Assembly: GCA_040954595.2 (NCBI GenBank)
Contig: CM082580.2
Coordinates: forward strand, 8,472,390 to 8,536,389
Length of the DNA stretch: 64,000 nt
From: Balanoglossus misakiensis
Lineage: Eukaryota; Animalia; Hemichordata
Reading direction: 5' to 3'
The notes under the pieces were generated by a model. The model did not search any database. It was not told the DNA's origin and was given only the letters and a program-made list of their open reading frames with translations. Of this stretch, positions 24,617 through 36,600 are shown one piece after another (position 1 is the first letter of the stretch; each line of letters opens with the position of its first letter). Made by a program: the position numbers and the translations under genes.

Positions 24617-27600
24617 TATAACCCATGGTTTTTATCAAAAAATGACCAAATTTTGAAAATTCGCAAAGTCGAAAAATCGTCGATTCTGGATGATTTTCAT
24701 GGGCTATAACCCATGGTTTTTATCAAAAAATGACCAAATTTTGAAAATTCGCAAAGTCGAAAAATCGTCGATTCTGGATGATTTTCATGGGCTATAACCC
24801 ATGGTTTTTATCAAAAAATGACCAAATTTCGAGATTTCGCAAAGTCGAAAAATCGTCGATTCTGGATGATTTTCATGGGCTATAACCCATGGTTTTTATC
24901 AAAAAATGACCAAATTTTGAAAATTCGCAAAGTCGAAAAATCGTCGATTCTGGATGATTTTCATGGGCTATAACCCATGGTTTTTATCAAAAAATGACCA
25001 AATTTTGAAAATTCGCAAAGTCGAAAAATCGTCGATTCTGGATGATTTTCATGGGCTATAACCCATGGTTTTTATCAAAAAATGACCAAATTTCGAGATT
25101 TCGCAAAGTCGAAAAATCGTCGATTCTGGATGATTTTCATGGGCTATAACCCATGGTTTTTATCAAAAAATGACCAAATTTCGAGATTTCGCAAAGTCGA
25201 AATATCGTCGATTCTGGATGATTTTCATGGGCTATAACCCATGGTTTTTATCAAAAAATGACCAAATTTTGAAAATTCGCAAAGTCGAAAAATCGTCGAT
25301 TCTGGATGATTTTCATGGGCTATAACCCATGGTTTTTATCAAAAAATGACCAAATTTTGAAAATTCGCAAAGTCGAAAAATCGTCGATTCTGGATGATTT
25401 TCATGGGCTATAACCCATGGTTTTTATCAAAAAATGACCAAATTTTGAAAATTCGCAAAGTCGAAAAATCGTCGATTCTGGATGATTTTCATGGGCTATA
25501 ACCCATGGTTTTTATCAAAAAATGACCAAATTTCGAGATTTCGCAAAGTCGAAAAATCGTCGATTCTGGATGATTTTCATGGGCTATAACCCATGTTTTT
25601 CATCAAAAAATGACCAAATTTTGAAAATTCGCAAAGTCGAAAAATCGTCGATTCTGGATGATTTTCATGGGCTATAACCCATGGTTTTTATCAAAAAATG
25701 ACCAAATTTTGAAAATTCGCAAAGTCGAAAAATCGTCGATTCTGGATGATTTTCATGGGCTATAACCCATGGTTTTTATCAAAAAATGACCAAATTTCGA
25801 GATTTCGCAAAGTCGAAATATCGTCGATTCTGGATGATTTTCATGGGCTATAACCCATGGTTTTTATCAAAAAATGACCAAATTTTGAAAATTCGCAAAG
25901 TCGAAAAATCGTCGATTCTGGATGATTTTCATGGGCTATAACCCATGGTTTTTATCAAAAAATGACCAAATTTTGAAAATTCGCAAAGTCGAAAAATCGT
26001 CGATTCTGGATGATTTTCATGGGCTATAACCCATGGTTTTTATCAAAAAATGACCAAATTTTGAAAATTCGCAAAGTCGAAAAATCGTCGATTCTGGATG
26101 ATTTTCATGGGCTATAACCCATGGTTTTTATCAAAAAATGACCAAATTTTGAAAATTCGCAAAGTCGAAAAATCGTCGATTCTGGATGATTTTCATGGGC
26201 TATAACCCATGGTTTTTATCAAAAAATGACCAAATTTTGAAAATTCGCAAAGTCGAAAAATCGTCGATTCTGGATGATTTTCATGGGCTATAACCCATGG
26301 TTTTTATCAAAAAATGACCAAATTTCGAGATTTCGCAAAGTCGAAAAATCGTCGATTCTGGATGATTTTCATGGGCTATAACCCATGTTTTTCATCAAAA
26401 AATGACCAAATTTTGAAAATTCGCAAAGTCGAAAAATCGTCGATTCTGGATGATTTTCATGGGCTATAACCCATGGTTTTTATCAAAAAATGACCAAATT
26501 TCGAGATTTCGCAAAGTCGAAATATCGTCGATTCTGGATGATTTTCATGGGCTATAACCCATGGTTTTTATCAAAAAATGACCAAATTTTGAAAATTCGC
26601 AAAGTCGAAAAATCGTCGATTCTGGATGATTTTCATGGGCTATAACCCATGTTTTTCATCAAAAAATGACCAAATTTTGAAAATTCGCAAAGTCGAAAAA
26701 TCGTCGATTCTGGATGATTTTCATGGGCTATAACCCATGGTTTTTATCAAAAAATGACCAAATTTTGAAAATTCGCAAAGTCGAAAAATCGTCGATTCTG
26801 GATGATTTTCATGGGCTATAACCCATGGTTTTTATCAAAAAATGACCAAATTTCGAGATTTCGCAAAGTCGAAATATCGTCGATTCTGGATGATTTTCAT
26901 GGGCTATAACCCATGGTTTTTATCAAAAAATGACCAAATTTTGAAAATTCGCAAAGTCGAAAAATCGTCGATTCTGGATGATTTTCATGGGCTATAACCC
27001 ATGGTTTTTATCAAAAAATGACCAAATTTTGAAAATTCGCAAAGTCGAAAAATCGTCGATTCTGGATGATTTTCATGGGCTATAACCCATGGTTTTTATC
27101 AAAAAATGACCAAATTTTGAAAATTCGCAAAGTCGAAAAATCGTCGATTCTGGATGATTTTCATGGGCTATAACCCATGGTTTTTATCAAAAAATGACCA
27201 AATTTTGAAAATTCGCAAAGTCGAAAAATCGTCGATTCTGGATGATTTTCATGGGCTATAACCCATGGTTTTTATCAAAAAATGACCAAATTTTGAAAAT
27301 TCGCAAAGTCGAAAAATCGTCGATTCTGGATGATTTTCATGGGCTATAACCCATGGTTTTTATCAAAAAATGACCAAATTTCGAGATTTCGCAAAGTCGA
27401 AAAATCGTCGATTCTGGATGATTTTCATGGGCTATAACCCATGTTTTTCATCAAAAAATGACCAAATTTTGAAAATTCGCAAAGTCGAAAAATCGTCGAT
27501 TCTGGATGATTTTCATGGGCTATAACCCATGGTTTTTATCAAAAAATGACCAAATTTCGAGATTTCGCAAAGTCGAAATATCGTCGATTCTGGATGATTT

Positions 27601-30600
27601 TCATGGGCTATAACCCATGGTTTTTATCAAAAAATGACCAAATTTTGAAAATTCGCAAAGTCGAAAAATCGTCGATTCTGGATGATTTTCATGGGCTATA
27701 ACCCATGGTTTTTATCAAAAAATGACCAAATTTTGAAAATTCGCAAAGTCGAAAAATCGTCGATTCTGGATGATTTTCATGGGCTATAACCCATGGTTTT
27801 TATCAAAAAATGACCAAATTTTGAAAATTCGCAAAGTCGAAAAATCGTCGATTCTGGATGATTTTCATGGGCTATAACCCATGGTTTTTATCAAAAAATG
27901 ACCAAATTTTGAAAATTCGCAAAGTCGAAAAATCGTCGATTCTGGATGATTTTCATGGGCTATAACCCATGGTTTTTATCAAAAAATGACCAAATTTTGA
28001 AAATTCGCAAAGTCGAAAAATCGTCGATTCTGGATGATTTTCATGGGCTATAACCCATGGTTTTTATCAAAAAATGACCAAATTTCGAGATTTCGCAAAG
28101 TCGAAAAATCGTCGATTCTGGATGATTTTCATGGGCTATAACCCATGTTTTTCATCAAAAAATGACCAAATTTTGAAAATTCGCAAAGTCGAAAAATCGT
28201 CGATTCTGGATGATTTTCATGGGCTATAACCCATGGTTTTTATCAAAAAATGACCAAATTTTGAAAATTCGCAAAGTCGAAAAATCGTCGATTCTGGATG
28301 ATTTTCATGGGCTATAACCCATGGTTTTTATCAAAAAATGACCAAATTTTGAAAATTCGCAAAGTCGAAAAATCGTCGATTCTGGATGATTTTCATGGGC
28401 TATAACCCATGGTTTTTATCAAAAAATGACCAAATTTTGAAAATTCGCAAAGTCGAAAAATCGTCGATTCTGGATGATTTTCATGGGCTATAACCCATGG
28501 TTTTTATCAAAAAATGACCAAATTTCGAGATTTCGCAAAGTCGAAAAATCGTCGATTCTGGATGATTTTCATGGGCTATATAACCCATGGTTTTTATCAA
28601 AAAATGACCAAATTTCGAGATTTCGCAAAGTCGAAAAATCGTCGATTCTGGATGATTTTCATGGGCTATAACCCATGGTTTTTATCAAAAAATGACCAAA
28701 TTTTGAAAATTCGCAAAGTCGAAAAATCGTCGATTCTGGATGATTTTCATGGGCTATAACCCATGGTTTTTATCAAAAAATGACCAAATTTTGAAAATTC
28801 GCAAAGTCGAAAAATCGTCGATTCTGGATGATTTTCATGGGCTATAACCCATGGTTTTTATCAAAAAATGACCAAATTTTGAAAATTCGCAAAGTCGAAA
28901 AATCGTCGATTCTGGATGATTTTCATGGGCTATAACCCATGGTTTTTATCAAAAAATGACCAAATTTTGAAAATTCGCAAAGTCGAAAAATCGTCGATTC
29001 TGGATGATTTTCATGGGCTATAACCCATGGTTTTTATCAAAAAATGACCAAATTTCGAGATTTCGCAAAGTCGAAATATCGTCGATTCTGGATGATTTTC
29101 ATGGGCTATAACCCATGGTTTTTATCAAAAAATGACCAAATTTTGAAAATTCGCAAAGTCGAAAAATCGTCGATTCTGGATGATTTTCATGGGCTATAAC
29201 CCATGGTTTTTATCAAAAAATGACCAAATTTTGAAAATTCGCAAAGTCGAAAAATCGTCCATTCTGGATGATTTTCATGGGCTATAACCCATGGTTTTTA
29301 TCAAAAAATGACCAAATTTTGAAAATTCGCAAAGTCGAAAAATCGTCGATTCTGGATGATTTTCATGGGCTATAACCCATGGTTTTTATCAAAAAATGAC
29401 CAAATTTTGAAAATTCGCAAAGTCGAAAAATCGTCGATTCTGGATGATTTTCATGGGCTATAACCCATGGTTTTTATCAAAAAATGACCAAATTTTGAAA
29501 ATTCGCAAAGTCGAAAAATCGTCGATTCTGGATGATTTTCATGGGCTATAACCCATGGTTTTTATCAAAAAATGACCAAATTTCGAGATTTCGCAAAGTC
29601 GAAAAATCGTCGATTCTGGATGATTTTCATGGGCTATAACCCATGTTTTTCATCAAAAAATGACCAAATTTTGAAAATTCGCAAAGTCGAAAAATCGTCG
29701 ATTCTGGATGATTTTCATGGGCTATAACCCATGGTTTTTATCAAAAAATGACCAAATTTTGAAAATTCGCAAAGTCGAAAAATCGTCGATTCTGGATGAT
29801 TTTCATGGGCTATAACCCATGGTTTTTATCAAAAAATGACCAAATTTTGAAAATTCGCAAAGTCGAAAAATCGTCGATTCTGGATGATTTTCATGGGCTA
29901 TAACCCATGGTTTTTATCAAAAAATGACCAAATTTTGAAAATTCGCAAAGTCGAAAAATCGTCGATTCTGGATGATTTTCATGGGCTATAACCCATGGTT
30001 TTTATCAAAAAATGACCAAATTTCGAGATTTCGCAAAGTCGAAAAATCGTCGATTCTGGATGATTTTCATGGGCTATATAACCCATGGTTTTTATCAAAA
30101 AATGACCAAATTTCGAGATTTCGCAAAGTCGAAAAATCGTCGATTCTGGATGATTTTCATGGGCTATAACCCATGGTTTTTATCAAAAAATGACCAAATT
30201 TTGAAAATTCGCAAAGTCGAAAAATCGTCGATTCTGGATGATTTTCATGGGCTATAACCCATGGTTTTTATCAAAAAATGACCAAATTTTGAAAATTCGC
30301 AAAGTCGAAAAATCGTCGATTCTGGATGATTTTCATGGGCTATAACCCATGGTTTTTATCAAAAAATGACCAAATTTTGAAAATTCGCAAAGTCGAAAAA
30401 TCGTCGATTCTGGATGATTTTCATGGGCTATAACCCATGGTTTTTATCAAAAAATGACCAAATTTTGAAAATTCGCAAAGTCGAAAAATCGTCGATTCTG
30501 GATGATTTTCATGGGCTATAACCCATGGTTTTTATCAAAAAATGACCAAATTTCGAGATTTCGCAAAGTCGAAATATCGTCGATTCTGGATGATTTTCAT

Positions 30601-33600
30601 GGGCTATAACCCATGGTTTTTATCAAAAAATGACCAAATTTTGAAAATTCGCAAAGTCGAAAAATCGTCGATTCTGGATGATTTTCATGGGCTATAACCC
30701 ATGGTTTTTATCAAAAAATGACCAAATTTTGAAAATTCGCAAAGTCGAAAAATCGTCCATTCTGGATGATTTTCATGGGCTATAACCCATGGTTTTTATC
30801 AAAAAATGACCAAATTTTGAAAATTCGCAAAGTCGAAAAATCGTCGATTCTGGATGATTTTCATGGGCTATAACCCATGGTTTTTATCAAAAAATGACCA
30901 AATTTTGAAAATTCGCAAAGTCGAAAAATCGTCGATTCTGGATGATTTTCATGGGCTATAACCCATGGTTTTTATCAAAAAATGACCAAATTTTGAAAAT
31001 TCGCAAAGTCGAAAAATCGTCGATTCTGGATGATTTTCATGGGCTATAACCCATGGTTTTTATCAAAAAATGACCAAATGTCGAGATTTCGCAAAGTCGA
31101 AAAATCGTCGATTCTGGATGATTTTCATAGGCTATAACCCATGGTTTTTATCAAAAAATGACTAAATTTTGAAAATTCGCAAAGTCGAAAAATCGTCGAT
31201 TCTGGATGATTTTCATGGGCTATAACCCATGGTTTTTATCAAAAAATGACCAAATTTTGAAAATTCGCAAAGTCGAAAAATCGTCGATTCTGGATGATTT
31301 TCATGGGCTATAACCCATGGTTTTTATCAAAAAATGACCAAATTTCGAGATTTCGCAAAGTCGAAATATCGTCGATTCTGGATGATTTTCATGGGCTATA
31401 ACCCATGGTTTTTATCAAAAAATGACCAAATTTTGAAAATTCGCAAAGTCGAAAAATCGTCGATTCTGGATGATTTTCATGGGCTATAACCCATGGTTTT
31501 TATCAAAAAATGACCAAATTTTGAAAATTCGCAAAGTCGAAAAATCGTCGATTCTGGATGATTTTCATGGGCTATAACCCATGGTTTTTATCAAAAAATG
31601 ACCAAATTTTGAAAATTCGCAAAGTCGAAAAATCGTCGATTCTGGATGATTTTCATGGGCTATAACCCATGGTTTTTATCAAAAAATGACCAAATTTTGA
31701 AAATTCGCAAAGTCGAAAAATCGTCGATTCTGGATGATTTTCATGGGCTATAACCCATGGTTTTTATCAAAAAATGACCAAATTTCGAGATTTCGCAAAG
31801 TCGAAAAATCGTCGATTCTGGATGATTTTCATGGGCTATAACCCATGTTTTTCATCAAAAAATGACCAAATTTTGAAAATTCGCAAAGTCGAAAAATCGT
31901 CGATTCTGGATGATTTTCATGGGCTATAACCCATGGTTTTTATCAAAAAATGACCAAATTTTGAAAATTCGCAAAGTCGAAAAATCGTCGATTCTGGATG
32001 ATTTTCATGGGCTATAACCCATGGTTTTTATCAAAAAATGACCAAATTTCGAGATTTCGCAAAGTCGAAATATCGTCGATTCTGGATGATTTTCATGGGC
32101 TATAACCCATGGTTTTTATCAAAAAATGACCAAATTTTGAAAATTCGCAAAGTCGAAAAATCGTCGATTCTGGATGATTTTCATGGGCTATAACCCATGG
32201 TTTTTATCAAAAAATGACCAAATTTTGAAAATTCGCAAAGTCGAAAAATCGTCGATTCTGGATGATTTTCATGGGCTATAACCCATGGTTTTTATCAAAA
32301 AATGACCAAATTTCGAGATTTCGCAAAGTCGAAAAATCGTCGATTCTGGATGATTTTCATGGGCTATAACCCATGGTTTTTATCAAAAAATGACCAAATT
32401 TCGAGATTTCGCAAAGTCGAAAAATCGTCGATTCTGGATGATTTTCATGGGCTATAACCCATGGTTTTTATCAAAAAATGACCAAATTTCGAGATTTCGC
32501 AAAGTCGAAAAATTGTCGATTCTGGATGATTTTCATGGGCTATAACCCATGGTTTTTATCAAAAAATGACCAAATTTTGAGATTTCGCAAAGTCGAAAAA
32601 TCGTCGATTCTGGATGATTTTCATGGGCTATAACCCATGGTTTTTATCAAAAATGACCAAATTTTGAAAATTCGCAAAGTCGAAAAATCGTCGATTCTGG
32701 ATGATTTTCATGGGCTATAACCCATGGTTTTTATCAAAAAATGACCAAATTTTGAAAATTCGCAAAGTCGAAAAATCGTCGATTCTGGATGATTTTCATG
32801 GGCTATAACCCATGGTTTTTATCAAAAAATGACCAAATTTTGAAAATTCGCAAAGTCGAAAAATCGTCGATTCTGGATGATTTTCATGGGCTATAACCCA
32901 TGGTTTTTATCAAAAAATGACCAAATTTTGAAAATTCGCAAAGTCGAAAAATCGTCGATTCTGGATGATTTTCATGGGCTATAACCCATGGTTTTTATCA
33001 AAAAATGACCAAATGTCGAGATTTCGCAAAGTCGAAAAATCGTCGATTCTGGATGATTTTCATAGGCTATAACCCATGGTTTTTATCAAAAAATGACTAA
33101 ATTTTGAAAATTCGCAAAGTCGAAAAATCGTCGATTCTGGATGATTTTCATGGGCTATAACCCATGGTTTTTATCAAAAAATGACCAAATTTTGAAAATT
33201 CGCAAAGTCGAAAAATCGTCGATTCTGGATGATTTTCATGGGCTATAACCCATGGTTTTTATCAAAAAATGACCAAATTTCGAGATTTCGCAAAGTCGAA
33301 ATATCGTCGATTCTGGATGATTTTCATGGGCTATAACCCATGGTTTTTATCAAAAAATGACCAAATTTTGAAAATTCGCAAAGTCGAAAAATCGTCGATT
33401 CTGGATGATTTTCATGGGCTATAACCCATGGTTTTTATCAAAAAATGACCAAATTTTGAAAATTCGCAAAGTCGAAAAATCGTCGATTCTGGATGATTTT
33501 CATGGGCTATAACCCATGGTTTTTATCAAAAAATGACCAAATTTTGAAAATTCGCAAAGTCGAAAAATCGTCGATTCTGGATGATTTTCATGGGCTATAA

Positions 33601-36600
33601 CCCATGGTTTTTATCAAAAAATGACCAAATTTCGAGATTTCGCAAAGTCGAAAAATCGTCGATTCTGGATGATTTTCATGGGCTATAACCCATGTTTTTC
33701 ATCAAAAAATGACCAAATTTTGAAAATTCGCAAAGTCGAAAAATCGTCGATTCTGGATGATTTTCATGGGCTATAACCCATGGTTTTTATCAAAAAATGA
33801 CCAAATTTTGAAAATTCGCAAAGTCGAAAAATCGTCGATTCTGGATGATTTTCATGGGCTATAACCCATGGTTTTTATCAAAAAATGACCAAATTTCGAG
33901 ATTTCGCAAAGTCGAAATATCGTCGATTCTGGATGATTTTCATGGGCTATAACCCATGGTTTTTATCAAAAAATGACCAAATTTTGAAAATTCGCAAAGT
34001 CGAAAAATCGTCGATTCTGGATGATTTTCATGGGCTATAACCCATGGTTTTTATCAAAAAATGACCAAATTTTGAAAATTCGCAAAGTCGAAAAATCGTC
34101 GATTCTGGATGATTTTCATGGGCTATAACCCATGGTTTTTATCAAAAAATGACCAAATTTCGAGATTTCGCAAAGTCGAAAAATCGTCGATTCTGGATGA
34201 TTTTCATGGGCTATAACCCATGGTTTTTATCAAAAAATGACCAAATTTCGAGATTTCGCAAAGTCGAAAAATCGTCGATTCTGGATGATTTTCATGGGCT
34301 ATAACCCATGGTTTTTATCAAAAAATGACCAAATTTCGAGATTTCGCAAAGTCGAAAAATCGTCGATTCTGGATGATTTTCATGGGCTATAACCCATGGT
34401 TTTTATCAAAAAATGACCAAATTTCGAGATTTCGCAAAGTCGAAAAATCGTCGATTCTGGATGATTTTCATGGGCTATAACCCATGGTTTTTATCAAAAA
34501 ATGACCAAATTTTGAAAATTCGCAAAGTCGAAAAATCGTCGATTCTGGATGATTTTCATGGGCTATAACCCATGGTTTTTATCAAAAAATGACCAAATTT
34601 TGAAAATTCGCAAAGTCGAAAAATCGTCGATTCTGGATGATTTTCATGGGCTATAACCCATGGTTTTTATCAAAAAATGACCAAATTTTGAAAATTCGCA
34701 AAGTCGAAAAATCGTCGATTCTGGATGATTTTCATGGGCTATAACCCATGGTTTTTATCAAAAAATGACCAAATTTTGAAAATTCGCAAAGTCGAAAAAT
34801 CGTCGATTCTGGATGATTTTCATGGGCTATAACCCATGGTTTTTATCAAAAAATGACCAAATTTCGAGATTTCGCAAAGTCGAAATATCGTCGATTCTGG
34901 ATGATTTTCATGGGCTATAACCCATGGTTTTTATCAAAAAATGACCAAATTTTGAAAATTCGCAAAGTGGAAAAATCGTCGATTCTGGATGATTTTCATG
35001 GGCTATAACCCATGGTTTTTATCAAAAAATGACCAAATTTTGAAAATTCGCAAAGTCGAAAAATCGTCGATTCTGGATGATTTTCATGGGCTATAACCCA
35101 TGGTTTTTATCAAAAAATGACCAAATTTTGAAAATTCGCAAAGTCGAAAAATCGTCGATTCTGGATGATTTTCATGGGCTATAACCCATGGTTTTTATCA
35201 AAAAATGACCAAATTTTGAAAATTCGCAAAGTCGAAAAATCGTCGATTCTGGATGATTTTCATGGGCTATAACCCATGGTTTTTATCAAAAAATGACCAA
35301 ATTTTGAAAATTCGCAAAGTCGAAAAATCGTCGATTCTGGATGATTTTCATGGGCTATAACCCATGGTTTTTATCAAAAAATGACCAAATTTTGAAAATT
35401 CGCAAAGTCGAAAAATCGTCGATTCTGGATGATTTTCATGGGCTATAACCCATGGTTTTTATCAAAAAATGACCAAATTTTGAAAATTCGCAAAGTCGAA
35501 AAATCGTCGATTCTGGATGATTTTCATGGGCTATAACCCATGGTTTTTATCAAAAAATGTCCAAATTTTGAAAATTCGCAAAGTCGAAAAATCGTCGATT
35601 CTGGATGATTTTCATGGGCTATAACCCATGGTTTTTATCAAAAAATGACCAAATTTTGAAAATTCGCAAAGTCGAAAAATCGTCGATTCTGGATGATTTT
35701 CATGGGCTATAACCCATGTTTTTTATCAAAAAATGTCCAAATTTTGAAAATTCGCAAAGTCGAAAAATCGTCGATTCTGGATGATTTTCATGGGCTATAA
35801 CCCATGGTTTTTATCAAAAAATGACCAAATTTTGAAAATTCGCAAAGTCGAAAAATCGTCGATTCTGGATGATTTTCATGGGCTATAACCCATGGTTTTT
35901 ATCAAAAAATGACCAAATTTTGAAAATTCGCAAAGTCGAAAAATCGTCGTTTCTGGATGATTTTCATGGGCTATAACCCATGGTTTTTATCAAAAAATGA
36001 CCAAATTTTGAAAATTCGCAAAGTCGAAAAATCGTCGATTCTGGATGATTTTCATGGGCTATAACCCATGGTTTTTATCAAAAAATGACCAAATTTTGAA
36101 AATTCGCAAAGTCGAAAAATCGTCGATTCTGGGTGATTTTCATGGGCTATAACCCATGGTTTTTATCAAAAAATGACCAAATTTTGAAAATTCGCAAAGT
36201 CGAAAAATCGTCGATTCTGGATGATTTTCATGGGCTATAACCCATGGTTTTTATCAAAAAATGACCAAATTTTGAAAATTCGCAAAGTCGAAAAATCGTC
36301 GATTCTGGATGATTTTCATGGGCTATAACCCATGGTTTTTATCAAAAAATGACCAAATTTTGAAAATTCGCAAAGTCGAAAAATCGTCGATTCTGGATGA
36401 TTTTCATGGGCTATAACCCATGGTTTTTATCAAAAAATGACCAAATTTTGAAAATTCGCAAAGTCGAAAAATCGTCGATTCTGGATGATTTTCATGGGCT
36501 ATAACCCATGGTTTTTATCAAAAAATGACCAAATTTTGAAAATTCGCAAAGTCGAAAAATCGTCGATTCTGGGTGATTTTCATGGGCTATAACCCATGGT

